Assembly: GCA_963771075.1 (NCBI GenBank)
Contig: CAVYSE010000027.1
Location: forward strand, 1 to 64,000
DNA length: 64,000 bases
Direction: 5' to 3'
Source of the DNA: a candidate division FCPU426 bacterium
GTDB taxonomy: Bacteria > Oederibacteriota > Muellerivitia > Muellerivitales > Muellerivitaceae
A model generated the notes under the pieces. That model worked only from the letters and a program-made list of their open reading frames with translations. It ran no database searches and had not been told where the DNA came from. The translations under genes were made by a program, and so were the position numbers. Below, piece after piece: positions 1-12,819 of the stretch (position 1 is its first letter; every line of letters begins with the position of its first letter).

Positions 1-99
1 ATTTGAAGATGGTTTTACTACAGGCAGTAGCTTAAACGTTTCGGAGCACAAGATAGCGAAAGGCAAGATGAAGGTAATAAAGAGTTCCAACAACGGTAA

Positions 100-129
100 T
101 TGACGCTGTCCTTAAGCCTAAGATATTAT
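100..129 (+). promoter_or_regulatory. Putative sigma-70 promoter for the rpmH operon
   Basis: TTGACG (100-105), 18-bp spacer, TATTAT (124-129), upstream of rpmH. Confidence 0.45.
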
Positions 130-224
130 GTGGCACTTTTCCCAGCTTTGATAAAAAGCTTCGTCCAAGGCCTTTCGTTTGAAGAAAGGTTGAGAAAATT
201 ACCAATCAAGGAAAGAAATATTAA

Positions 225-362
225 ATGAAGAGAACTTTTCAACCGAATAAGCGTAAAAGACAGAAAGTCCACGGATTTCGAAGCCGCATGAAAACGGTAG
301 GTGGACGCAGGGTATTGAGTTCGCGCCGCAAGAAAGGTCGTTTGCGGGTTAGCGTACAGTAA
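225..362 (+). CDS. rpmH: 50S ribosomal protein L34
   Basis: Not in the ORF track; translated by hand as [45 protein letters not shown]; canonical position before rnpA. Confidence 0.97.
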   Translation: MKRTFQPNKRKRQKVHGFRSRMKTVGGRRVLSSRRKKGRLRVSVQ

Positions 363-382
363 GAATTGATTGAAGGGTTTTC

Positions 383-739
383 ATGCCGCGTTTTGAAAAA
401 TCGGAGCGGCTAAAAAGCTCGAAGGAATTCAAGTCGGTTTTCCAGCAGTGCCGGAAATTGGAGGACCGAAATTATTTGTTTTATGTGCAATTCAGCGAAG
501 ACCCCAAAGTTCGGAAATTTGGAGTTTCGTTGGGACGGGCCCTCGGCAAGGCCCACCAGCGCAATCTCCTCAAGAGGCGTCTTCGTGAAATTTACCGGGT
601 GGAAAAAGAGCGGTTCCGCGGGGGTTTTCAGGTTGTCCTGATACCTAGGCGGGGAAGCACCGATCGGACCTATGAAGAGTTAAAGCGATCATTTCTCGAA
701 CTCTCAAAAAGGGCCGGATTGCTCTACCGGATGAGTTAG
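383..739 (+). CDS. rnpA: Ribonuclease P protein component
   Basis: ERLKSSKEF and GKAHQRNLLKRRLREI (RNR motif); synteny. Confidence 0.95.
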   Translation: MPRFEKSERLKSSKEFKSVFQQCRKLEDRNYLFYVQFSEDPKVRKFGVSLGRALGKAHQRNLLKRRLREIYRVEKERFRGGFQVVLIPRRGSTDRTYEELKRSFLELSKRAGLLYRMS

Positions 740-755
740 ATTAGGGATTCTGAAA

Positions 756-977
756 ATGGACAAACTTTTGAAGCAGGGGCTCTTGCTTTTAATCAAGGGG
801 TATCAATGGTTGATCTCGCCATATCTTCCCCCCTCGTGCCGTTTTACGCCCACTTGCTCCGAATATACCCGTCAAGCCATAGAACGTTATGGTGTTCTAA
901 AGGGCACTACCATGGGGTTTAAGCGTTTGAGCCGTTGCCATCCCGCCTCATCCGGAGGGTTCCACCCGGTTTCTTAA
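756..977 (+). CDS. yidD: Membrane protein insertion efficiency factor
   Basis: CRFTPTCSEY...RCHP...GGFHPV motif; synteny. Confidence 0.95.
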   Translation: MDKLLKQGLLLLIKGYQWLISPYLPPSCRFTPTCSEYTRQAIERYGVLKGTTMGFKRLSRCHPASSGGFHPVS

Positions 978-995
978 AAAAACCGGGGGCATTCT

Positions 996-2723
996 TTGGA
1001 AAATCAAGGCCGTCTTGTTTTGTTCTTAGTCTTATCGATGCTAATTTTATTTGCATCGACTTATTTTATGCCAACGCCCCTTCCCCCGCCGTCCCAGGCT
1101 TCCGCAACCCCGGGAAAATCTTCCACTTCGCCCGTGCAGGTCGCTCCAGCGGGTTCGACCATAGCTCCGGACCTTTCCAATTCCAAAGTGTCGATTTCTG
1201 TTTCGAAAATGTCCCAGGTGCCTGTTGCCACTTGGACAGTGGAAACGGACGAATATACAGCGACCTTTACCAACCAAGGCGCGTTAATGACCGGTTTTAC
1301 ACTCAAGAAATATAAGAATCGACAAACCCAAAAGCCAATTCAATTGGTGGATTCCGAGTCTGGAAGACCCAAACCCTTCCAAGTGGATTATGCGGCGGTT
1401 CCCGACGCAGACCAAAGGGTCTTTCGCGTTGAGGGGGTTTCATACTCAAAAATTTTAAAACCTGGCGAGGGTTCAAGCCTTTGTTTTACCACCATCAATG
1501 AAGCAGGCACCCAACTGACTAAAACTTTTCATTTTAAAAATGGAAGTTATCTGATTGATTTCGAAGTTTCGGTTTCTCAATTAGGACGTTCTGCTTTAGC
1601 TGCATCCCCTTTGGCCATCCAATGGTCCGACACATTGGGTCTTGAGGAAATTACCGGTACCCAATCCAGGGTGCGCGGATATCGTGTGGCGACCCTTGCG
1701 GGGGATCGTGTCAGTTCGGAGACTTTGAAGAAAAGCCAGGAGAGTACCGAAATTCCAGCGCCGGTGGAGTGGACGGCCCTCGCAAACCAGTTTTTCGTGG
1801 CCGCCTTGATACCGGACCCGACGACGGGTGGAGCATCCGTAAGAATAGTTCGGGATACCCATGCATTTAAAAGCCCAACCGAAGAGAATCCAAACCCTGG
1901 CTTAGATCCCAATTCCTATAATCCAAGGCCTGTTCTCTTGTTCCCTGGACAGGCTCTTCAAAAAGGCCAATCCTTCTTAAGAAAAGGTGAGATTTTCTTT
2001 GGGCCCCAAGATTATTCCCTGCTGAAAAGCCTGCACTTGCAACTAGAAAGCGTGGTGGATTTTGGGATGTTCGGCTTCATCAGCGTTTATATGCTCGCCT
2101 TATTAAAATGGTTTTTCACTTTTTCTCATAATTGGGGATTAGCCATTTTATTGTTGTCGGTTTTAATCAAGCTTGTTCTGTGGTTTCCGACTCATTCCAG
2201 TTACAAGAATATGTCGACCACCCAGCAAAAAATGAAAGAAATCCAGCCCAAACTGGAAGCCCTCAAGCGGAAGTATCCGGATGACAAGCAAAAGCAACAA
2301 GAAGAAACCATGAAGCTTTATTCCCAGGCGGGAATCAATCCGCTGGGTGGATGCCTGCCAATGTTGTTTCAAATGCCGGTTTTCTTCGCCCTTTACGCGA
2401 CCTTGGGCCATTGCATCGAACTAAGAGGGGCCCCCTTCCTGTGGCTTTCCGACCTAACGTTAAGGGACCCGATATATGTGCTGCCTCTTCTGATGGGCGC
2501 GTCCATGATTGTCCAACAGAGGATGTCGGGCCAGGCCGCCAACATGGCGACCGGCCAACAAAAATTTATGATGTGGTTTTTCCCGGTGTTCCTGACCATT
2601 ATTTCCTTGCAATGGCCCTCAGGACTCTTGTTGTACTGGATGATCACGAACGTTTTGTCGATCATTCAGCAGAAGATCGTGAACCGGGAAATTAAAAATG
2701 CCAGGAAGAAAGCAGAGGTTTGA
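996..2723 (+). CDS. yidC: Membrane protein insertase YidC with large periplasmic domain
   Basis: N-terminal TM, periplasmic domain, NPLGGCLPMLFQMPVF motif; TTG start. Confidence 0.96.
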   Translation: MENQGRLVLFLVLSMLILFASTYFMPTPLPPPSQASATPGKSSTSPVQVAPAGSTIAPDLSNSKVSISVSKMSQVPVATWTVETDEYTATFTNQGALMTGFTLKKYKNRQTQKPIQLVDSESGRPKPFQVDYAAVPDADQRVFRVEGVSYSKILKPGEGSSLCFTTINEAGTQLTKTFHFKNGSYLIDFEVSVSQLGRSALAASPLAIQWSDTLGLEEITGTQSRVRGYRVATLAGDRVSSETLKKSQESTEIPAPVEWTALANQFFVAALIPDPTTGGASVRIVRDTHAFKSPTEENPNPGLDPNSYNPRPVLLFPGQALQKGQSFLRKGEIFFGPQDYSLLKSLHLQLESVVDFGMFGFISVYMLALLKWFFTFSHNWGLAILLLSVLIKLVLWFPTHSSYKNMSTTQQKMKEIQPKLEALKRKYPDDKQKQQEETMKLYSQAGINPLGGCLPMLFQMPVFFALYATLGHCIELRGAPFLWLSDLTLRDPIYVLPLLMGASMIVQQRMSGQAANMATGQQKFMMWFFPVFLTIISLQWPSGLLLYWMITNVLSIIQQKIVNREIKNARKKAEV

Positions 2724-2727
2724 GACT

Positions 2728-3795
2728 ATGAGAAATTATTCGAATCAACCAACCGGAAAGCCAGGAACTTCCAGACCGGGCTCTGGTGCGCCTTATTCCA
2801 AGGACAACCGGGGACCCCATTCCCGGCCTGATCGCAACCCAAACCGGCCGGAACGGCGATCACAGGGTGGTCCCTCCCGATACCAGGGGTCAAAGCCTCC
2901 ATATAATTCATATAATAAACAGAATCGATTTGAACGTCCGGCCCCTCAAGGCGAACGAAATTCCCAACATCGTTCGAACGGAGCTTGGTTGGAAGTCGAG
3001 GGAAAATCAACGGAAGTGGCTTTGCAAGAAGCTTCCAAGAGGTTTGGTTTGAATGTAGCCGATTTTCGCTCTGAAACGGTGGATGAAGGGGCGAAGGGTT
3101 TTTTAGGCATTGGCTCCAAACCCGCCAAGATCAGGATTGCCTTGAAATCCACGGCTATACCGGCTTATGCCGAAGCTTCTCTCGCTCGTTTATTAAAAGG
3201 GATGGACCTACCTGATACGGTCAAGGTTTTGAAAGACTCAGACGGGAATACGGTTTTGAACATTATCGGGCCTTCGGGCGGAACTCTCATCGGGCGTCAT
3301 GGGCATACTTTGGAAGCTTTGCAATATCTGGTCAATAAAATGGTGCAAAGATTGACGGGGGACGAGAGAACTTTGGTGATCGTTGATGTGGAAAGCTACC
3401 TCGAACGCCAAAAGGATAAATTGAGAGAAATGGCGATGAATTTAGCTCAAAAAGCAAAGGAAACTGGGGCGGAAGTTCCCTTAAGGCCAATGAGCTCTAA
3501 GGATCGCCGTGTTGTGCATTTGACCTTAAAAGATCATGAACATGTCACGACTGAAAGCCGTGGTGAGGGGCTACGGAGAAAAGTGGTTATCGTTCCGAAG
3601 ATAAAAGCCGAAATAAAAGCGGAAGTGAAGGAAACCGGGCAGGTTTCTGATTCACTGCCGATGGAGACGCTTTCTCCCGCTTTAGAAGCGGATAGGGGAG
3701 AAGAAAAACCACCGTTTGTTTCCAGTCAACCCGAACCTGGAAATGTAATTACCCCGGAGCCGGAATTAGATGACAACATCGGAAATCGCGCTTAA
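2728..3795 (+). CDS. jag: RNA-binding protein Jag/KhpB (Jag_N-KH-R3H) with low-complexity extensions
   Basis: KGFLGIGSKPA, GTLIGRHGHTLEALQ (KH), RRVVH (R3H); start taken as ATG 2728. Confidence 0.9.
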   Translation: MRNYSNQPTGKPGTSRPGSGAPYSKDNRGPHSRPDRNPNRPERRSQGGPSRYQGSKPPYNSYNKQNRFERPAPQGERNSQHRSNGAWLEVEGKSTEVALQEASKRFGLNVADFRSETVDEGAKGFLGIGSKPAKIRIALKSTAIPAYAEASLARLLKGMDLPDTVKVLKDSDGNTVLNIIGPSGGTLIGRHGHTLEALQYLVNKMVQRLTGDERTLVIVDVESYLERQKDKLREMAMNLAQKAKETGAEVPLRPMSSKDRRVVHLTLKDHEHVTTESRGEGLRRKVVIVPKIKAEIKAEVKETGQVSDSLPMETLSPALEADRGEEKPPFVSSQPEPGNVITPEPELDDNIGNRA

Positions 3796-3808
3796 GGGTC
3801 TTTTTTTT

Positions 3809-3841
3809 AAAGCTCTTCCCTTAATGGGAAGAGCTTTTTTT
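3809..3841 (+). terminator. Rho-independent terminator after jag
   Basis: AAAGCTCTTCCC/GGGAAGAGCTTT 12-bp stem followed by a T-run. Confidence 0.8.
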
Positions 3842-3894
3842 GTTTCTACGAAATTAAAGAGGGTTCCTCATTACGTATTTTAAAGTGAATCATC

Positions 3895-5259
3895 ATGTAT
3901 GAGATGGGTGACACAATTGCGGCTGTCGCTACCCCTTCGGGGGTAGGAGGAATAGGCATCATACGGGTGTCGGGGCCAAAGGCTCTTTCGGTGGCGCAGG
4001 TGTTATTTAAAACGAAAAAACCAATTGAGAGAAAAAGGCAAATCCTGTTGGGAAAAATTCAGGATCCTGAAACGGGAGAAGCTTTGGATGAAGGGCTTCT
4101 CTTAGTAATGCCCAAGCCCAAAAGTTTTACCGCAGAAGATGTGGTGGAGTTTCATGTACACGGTAGCCCTTCCCTTCTTCAAGCTGTCATGAATCTATTC
4201 GGGAAACAGGGAGTTCGTACGGCCTATCCAGGAGAATTTACCTATCGTGCGTACCAAAATGGACGGTTGGATTTAACCCAGGCAGAAGCGGTGGAAGCCC
4301 TTGTTTCATCTCAGGGAGAAGCCTCACGGAGACAAGCAGTGCGACATTTGACGGGTGGGTTGGCGGCCTATTTGGAACCAGTTGAAGAAGCGCTTAAATC
4401 CCTTTATCTCAACATTGAAGCCAGAATGGAATTTTCAGAAGAAGGAATTGGGCTTTTGGATTTAAAGAAGTTCTTGTCCGATGTTCAAACCTGTTCTGAG
4501 AGCTTAAATAAACTTATAGAAAGTTATAAACAAGGAAAAGTCTTGCAGGATGGGTTGGTCATGGCCTTGGTGGGTCCGCCGAATTCAGGAAAATCCAGCC
4601 TGTTAAATGCTCTTTTGGGGCGGCAAAGGTCCATAGTTACTTCCGAACCAGGAACCACACGCGATGTTATTGAGGGTGAGATATGGATCAAAGGAACAAA
4701 ATTCCGATTTTTTGACACGGCCGGATTAAGAGAATCCACAAACCCGATTGAAATGGAAGGAATACGAAGAAGCAAAGCTTTAATTGAAGAGGCGGATATC
4801 CTTTTATGGATCGTAGATACGTGCATTAAAGAAGAATCCCTTGAACTGTTAAGCAGAACGAACCTGGCCAAGGAAAAAACATGGATTGTTTTTAATAAGA
4901 TCGATTTGCTTCCAGGGTTCAACTTGCAAAATGTTGTTGACCTTAAAATGAAGTGCTTTGCAGTTTCCTGTTTAACGGGTGAAGGGTTGAATCAAGTGAT
5001 GAATGCGATGGAAACTGTCCTAGATAAACCCCTTGCGGGTGAAAATATCCTGGTGACAAGCGCGAGACATCACCTTGAACTTGTCAAAACAGGAGGTTGT
5101 TTGGAACGACTCCGGCAATTGATTCAATCGGGAACATCATCTGAATTATGGGCAGAGGAATTGCGAGAGGCGCTCATTGCATTAGGAAGAATAAGAGGAA
5201 GAAATCTATCGTCCTCGGCAATTGAAGAAATATTTAGCCGGTTTTGTATTGGTAAGTAA
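3895..5259 (+). CDS. mnmE: tRNA modification GTPase MnmE
   Basis: DTIAAVAT, GPPNSGKSS, PGTTRD, DTAG, NKID, C-terminal FCIGK. Confidence 0.97.
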   Translation: MYEMGDTIAAVATPSGVGGIGIIRVSGPKALSVAQVLFKTKKPIERKRQILLGKIQDPETGEALDEGLLLVMPKPKSFTAEDVVEFHVHGSPSLLQAVMNLFGKQGVRTAYPGEFTYRAYQNGRLDLTQAEAVEALVSSQGEASRRQAVRHLTGGLAAYLEPVEEALKSLYLNIEARMEFSEEGIGLLDLKKFLSDVQTCSESLNKLIESYKQGKVLQDGLVMALVGPPNSGKSSLLNALLGRQRSIVTSEPGTTRDVIEGEIWIKGTKFRFFDTAGLRESTNPIEMEGIRRSKALIEEADILLWIVDTCIKEESLELLSRTNLAKEKTWIVFNKIDLLPGFNLQNVVDLKMKCFAVSCLTGEGLNQVMNAMETVLDKPLAGENILVTSARHHLELVKTGGCLERLRQLIQSGTSSELWAEELREALIALGRIRGRNLSSSAIEEIFSRFCIGK

Positions 5260-5521
5260 AAGGTATACATATGTATTCAATCTATCAAATAATTAATGGT
5301 AACCGCAATATAATTTCACCGGGTTAAGAGAATTCAATTTCGCAGATTAATAACTGACCATTTGTACTTCTCAAGAACTCGAGTTATTTAACTGGAAATG
5401 TCTTTCATTGGTATAGATGGATTTTCAAATCATTAAATAACTCTGTTCATCCAAAATGAATTTTATGTAATAGTCTTTTAAAATATTTTTTACACCAGTT
5501 CCATAATTATTGAAATTTAGG

Positions 5522-5537
5522 TGTTCCACGTGGAACA
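5522..5537. promoter_or_regulatory. parS site
   Basis: Perfect palindrome TGTTCCACGTGGAACA matching the bacterial parS consensus. Confidence 0.92.
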
Positions 5538-5671
5538 AAATTTGAAGATGTAATGTTATTTCTCGAGAGATGAATAAATCTTTTTCTAAATCAAACGCAA
5601 TTCAATCCACCTTTGTTGTACCTATTTAGCGAATATGTTATAAACCTGAAACTTTTGGTTCGAGGTGATTT

Positions 5672-7585
5672 TTGCCGGTTCAACCGTCTTTAAAATATGA
5701 TGTGATTGTGGTAGGAGCTGGTCATGCGGGTTGTGAAGCTGCTTTGGCATGTGCGCGAATGGGCCTTGACACCGCACTTGTGTCAATGAACCTGGACACT
5801 ATTGCGAAGATGAGTTGTAACCCTGCCATTGGGGGTTTGGCGAAAGGTCACTTGGTTCGAGAAATTGATGCCCTTGGCGGCGAAATGGCAAAGGCCACTG
5901 ATGAAACATCCATCCAATCTCGGATTCTTAATCGAACGCAAGGTCCAGCGGTTTGGGGTTATAGGGCTCAATGTGATAAAGATCTTTATAACCAAAGAAT
6001 GCGTCAAACCATTCTTCGTCAAACTGGATTAACCTTACGTCAGGCAATGGTTGAAAGGCTAATTATAGAATCCGGAACCGTTCAGGGAGTTTTTACACAA
6101 TTCGGTGAAGAAATATTTAGTAAAACGGTGATCATTACCACCGGAACCTTCCTTAACGGTCTGATGCACGTCGGGGAAATAAAAATAGAAGGTGGAAGAA
6201 CTGGTGAATTGGCCTCCAAAGGCCTGTCAGAACATCTTATAGAATTGGGTTTTGAGGTTGCTAGATTAAAAACGGGCACCAATCCACGGGTTCATAAAGA
6301 CTCGATTGATTTTTCAAAAACAGAAAAACAATTAGGGGATGAGAATCCACAACCAATATCACATTTTACGACTGAGTTCCCTATCCAACCCCAGGTTGCC
6401 TGTTACATCACTTATACCAACGATCAAACCCATCAGGCAATACGAAACAACCTGAGTCGTTCCCCTCTTTATTCTGGGACCATCAAAGGGATTGGACCTC
6501 GATATTGCCCATCGATTGAAGATAAGGTTGTTAAATTCCCAGACAAAATAAGACATCAAATCTTCCTTGAACCAGAAGGACTCACAACGAGTGAGTATTA
6601 TTTAAACGGCCTGTCCACTTCCCTGCCTTTGGACGTCCAATACGCTTTTCTTCATACCGTACCCGGTTTGGAAAAAGCAGAAATCGTCCGTCCAGGTTAC
6701 GCAGTTGAGTATGATTTTGTTCCGCCAACTCAAGTTTCTCCGTCGTTAGAAACTTATCGAGTAAAAAATCTATTTTTGGCAGGACAAATTAATGGAACTT
6801 CTGGATACGAAGAAGCTGCGGCACAGGGTCTTTGGGCTGGGATTAATTCGGCCCTGGTGGTCAAGGGTCTTCCCCCTTTCCTTTTAACCCGCAACGAAGC
6901 TTACATGGGGGTTTTAGTCGATGATTTAGTGACAAAAGGAACAGAAGAACCCTATCGGTTATTTACTTCTAAGGCTGAATATAGGTTGTTATTAAGACCC
7001 GATAATGCGGACTTACGTTTAATGGAACGGGGTTTTCAATTGGGCCTTATCCCTGGTTGGGCTCGAGAAGCTGTAATAGAAAAGAAAGCGAAAATTGAAA
7101 AGGGTTTAAAAGCCTTTAGAACTATATCCTTACCTCCCGAAACACTTCCTTTTGAACCCTTAAACCTCACAAACCAGGATAAAAATCTAAAGATTGATGA
7201 AATTTTAAGAAGGCCGTGGGTCACTTACGAGGCCTTGAAGACCTTATTACCAGAGCCATTTCATTGGGATCCGGAAGTAGCCTTTCAGATTGAAGTGGAA
7301 ATAAAATACGAAGGTTATTTGCGAAAACAACTTCAAGAGATCCTACGCCAAAGTCGAAATGAGAACCAACCTATACCTCAAGAGTTTTCCTATTTGGATG
7401 TCTATGGATTATCAAGGGAAGCTAGAGAAAAGCTCATTAAGATTAAGCCGGCTACTTTTGGCCAAGCCACACGCATTCAAGGGGTAACGCAAGCCGATTT
7501 AGCGGTTTTATTGTTAGCTTTAAGCCGATATTCAAAAACTCAAATTGCCTTGTTGGGTAGTTTTAAAGCTGGGGAAACCCATTGA
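5672..7585 (+). CDS. mnmG: tRNA uridine-5-carboxymethylaminomethyl modification enzyme MnmG (GidA)
   Basis: GAGHAGCEAA, MSCNPAIGG, GPRYCPSIEDK, AGQINGTSGYEEAAAQG. Confidence 0.97.
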   Translation: MPVQPSLKYDVIVVGAGHAGCEAALACARMGLDTALVSMNLDTIAKMSCNPAIGGLAKGHLVREIDALGGEMAKATDETSIQSRILNRTQGPAVWGYRAQCDKDLYNQRMRQTILRQTGLTLRQAMVERLIIESGTVQGVFTQFGEEIFSKTVIITTGTFLNGLMHVGEIKIEGGRTGELASKGLSEHLIELGFEVARLKTGTNPRVHKDSIDFSKTEKQLGDENPQPISHFTTEFPIQPQVACYITYTNDQTHQAIRNNLSRSPLYSGTIKGIGPRYCPSIEDKVVKFPDKIRHQIFLEPEGLTTSEYYLNGLSTSLPLDVQYAFLHTVPGLEKAEIVRPGYAVEYDFVPPTQVSPSLETYRVKNLFLAGQINGTSGYEEAAAQGLWAGINSALVVKGLPPFLLTRNEAYMGVLVDDLVTKGTEEPYRLFTSKAEYRLLLRPDNADLRLMERGFQLGLIPGWAREAVIEKKAKIEKGLKAFRTISLPPETLPFEPLNLTNQDKNLKIDEILRRPWVTYEALKTLLPEPFHWDPEVAFQIEVEIKYEGYLRKQLQEILRQSRNENQPIPQEFSYLDVYGLSREAREKLIKIKPATFGQATRIQGVTQADLAVLLLALSRYSKTQIALLGSFKAGETH

Positions 7586-8325
7586 TTTTAACTCCTGACC
7601 GAATTCAGGAATATTTACAAAAAGCCCATCTTATTGATTATTTTTCCAATGATTCCCTTATGTCATTGGTGATTTTCACACAAAAAATGCTCGAATTAAA
7701 TCAAACTCTGAATTTAACAAGGTGGATCACAGAAGAGGAGGTTTTAACTTTTCATATTCTTGATTCAGCCCAATGTTTACCCGTATTACAGGAAATTCAA
7801 CCCCTCCCTGCTCCCCATTCCTATCGTTGGATGGATTTAGGAAGCGGATGTGGATTTCCGGGAGCGATTTTGGCTGCAGTTCACCCTCATTGGGAAGTCA
7901 CTTTTTTAGACTCTGTTACAAAAAAAATAAAGGCATTGAATGAATGCGTTAAGCCGGTGGGTTGGAATACGTCACTTTTGGCTTGTCGCGCGGAGGAGTT
8001 GGGAAAAAATCCAAATTATAGATCTAGTTGGAATGGAATAACGGCTAGAGCAGTTGCTGATTTTAGGGTTGTTTTGGAATATGCCATTCCCTTGTTAATA
8101 AAAGGTGGATTCTTAGTAAATTGGTTAACTGATGATCAGATAAAAATAGTGGATAAATCAGAAAGGGTATTGACCGAATTAAGATCCAAAGTCTTAAAAA
8201 GTGTAAGTTATAAGCTTCCGAACCAGGAAAATAGGCGGTGGATTGTGATTGTGGAAAAGTTGGGGACAACTCCTGAAATCTATCCTCGCTCAATTGGAAA
8301 AGCCTTAAAAAAGCCTTTAATTTGA
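7582..8325 (+). CDS. rsmG: 16S rRNA m7G527 methyltransferase RsmG (GidB)
   Basis: HILDS, DLGSGCGFPG, RAEE, ARAVA; follows mnmG. Confidence 0.93.
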   Translation: MILTPDRIQEYLQKAHLIDYFSNDSLMSLVIFTQKMLELNQTLNLTRWITEEEVLTFHILDSAQCLPVLQEIQPLPAPHSYRWMDLGSGCGFPGAILAAVHPHWEVTFLDSVTKKIKALNECVKPVGWNTSLLACRAEELGKNPNYRSSWNGITARAVADFRVVLEYAIPLLIKGGFLVNWLTDDQIKIVDKSERVLTELRSKVLKSVSYKLPNQENRRWIVIVEKLGTTPEIYPRSIGKALKKPLI

Positions 8326-8340
8326 AAGTTTTATTAGCTT

Positions 8341-8356
8341 TGTTCCACGTGGAACA
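8341..8356. promoter_or_regulatory. parS site
   Basis: TGTTCCACGTGGAACA inside a 22-bp perfect palindrome (8338-8359). Confidence 0.92.
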
Positions 8357-8684
8357 AAGGAAAGACATCCAAATCCAATTTAAAAATATGCACAATATAT
8401 TAAACATATTATTCAAACCTTACTTAAAATTCAAAGGAAAGTATTGAATTTTAAAATGAATTTGAACAATTAAAGGTTTATAATAAACTCGGTTTTTGAT
8501 TAAATTCCTATGAGTTGCGCTATTTTTTTCTTCTATATAAACCAATCCCTTTAGATGAGTTCGGGGAGTAAAACCACTTAAGCCCCCGAAATAAAAGGGG
8601 TTTTGCATTTTAAAGAAGCCTGAGAGCCCTTTTTTTAGGTTTTGAAGTAATAGGCAATCGCCATGAAAAGAGAGGGGTCGCAAG

Positions 8685-9787
8685 GTGCGTGTTGATTCAT
8701 TGCGACTGTCTCAATTCCGATCCTACCAAACCCTGGAGGTGGGTTTCGATCCTCAACTAAATCTTCTCATTGGGCCCAACGCCCAGGGAAAAACAAACAT
8801 ACTTGAGGCACTTTATTGCCTTTCTACCGCCCGGTCCTTACGTGGAGCCTCAGATGAAGAGATGATTCGCTTTGACAAGGAAGAGGGAGCCGTGGAGGGA
8901 AAAGTTCAACGAGAGGACGGGCCTGAGATTCTTCGTCTTGAGTTTCGGCGTAAAAAGCCGAAAACCCTTTTTTTGAACGGGAAAAAAGAAAAAAAGCTTT
9001 CTTCCCTTTTAGGCAGGCTTCCTTCGGTTGTTTTTTCGCCCGATGATTTGTTTCTGGTGAAGGGAACACCTTTACTCCGGCGCAGATATTTAGATGTAAC
9101 CATTTTGCAAATGGATCAAGGCTATTTAGCTCATCTTCAAGCTTACGAAAGGGTTCTAAAGCAAAGAAACAGTCTTTTAAAGCAACAGATTTCAGGTTTG
9201 GAAAATCAATTGATGGTTTGGGACTTACCTTTGTCTCAGCATGGGGCAGCTCTCATGGAACGACGCCGTGAAATTACTCAAAAACTGGGTGACTTTGCTG
9301 GACGAGCCCTGAGGGATTTAACGGGAGAGGCGGAAATATTTGAGGTCCGTTATGATCCCCAAATTAAATCCACCTCAGTGGGGGGGAGCTTTCAACCCAG
9401 ATAATGGAAGCCCTTAAAAAGACTCGAAGGGAAGATATGGCCCGGTCAATGACGGGTGTGGGGCCCCATCGGGATGATTTGGGACTTTTCGTCAATGGGA
9501 AGCCGTTGAGAAAATATGGAAGCCAAGGACAACAACGAACTGGCGCCTTGGCTCTCAAATTAGCCCAACTTTCCCTACTAACGGAGGGGTGCGGTAAAGC
9601 GCCCTTGATTTTATTCGACGATGTCATGGCCGAACTGGATGAAAAAAGGCGGGCATTTTTTTTAAATAGACTCCAAGAAGGAGGGCAGGCTTTTCTAACG
9701 GGAACTTCCCGGAATGATTTTCAACAAACTGGTTCCCGCGTTCGAGTTTTTCATGTCGAGTCAGGAAAGGTTGAAATCGCCTCGTGA
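8685..9787 (+). CDS. recF: DNA replication/repair protein RecF, frameshifted at a G7 run (9380-9386), probably a sequencing error
   Basis: GPNAQGKTN in the first ORF; GPHRDDL, SQGQQR, LFDDVMAELD in the second ORF; the two join across the G-run. Confidence 0.92.
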
Positions 9788-10116
9788 AACGACCCCAACG
9801 AAGAAAAAATTCCGAAGGATTGATTGAAATTTCGGCTCTTTTAGAAGGTGCATTAAAAACACTCGGGGTAAAAGACGATTATGATCGTAGTCGGCTGGAT
9901 AAACGATGCCGTCTCTTTTTAGGGGAAAAACTTTCTAAAGCCCTCGTGAGAGTCGAACAGAAGGGAACAGTTCTGAAGATGGAATTTAACCATCCCATCT
10001 ATATGCAGGAGATGAATTTTCGTAAGAATGAATTATTTACAAGGCTCAAAACCGATCTTCCTGATTTAGAGTTTAAAAACATTGTTTTTTCTCTTGCGAG
10101 AGCAGCCAGACTGTAA
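9784..10116 (+). CDS. DciA/DUF721 family protein
   Basis: Size and position between recF and gyrB; HPIYMQEMNF resembles the DUF721 motif. Confidence 0.7.
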   Translation: MKRPQRRKNSEGLIEISALLEGALKTLGVKDDYDRSRLDKRCRLFLGEKLSKALVRVEQKGTVLKMEFNHPIYMQEMNFRKNELFTRLKTDLPDLEFKNIVFSLARAARL

Positions 10117-12762
<2,646 letters not shown>

Positions 12763-12819
12763 AAAAAGAGACGAAGGATTTTTTGAGCGTCCAACTCTTT
12801 TTGTCATAAAAGGAACCAA

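Noticed and set aside
8420..8683. 87-aa minus-strand ORF between rsmG and recF
   Set aside because: No recognisable motif; likely spurious in AT-rich intergenic DNA
5260..8684. Definite oriC call in the AT-rich gaps
   Set aside because: Only DnaA-box-like 9-mers with two or more mismatches were found by eye, and dnaA is not in the window
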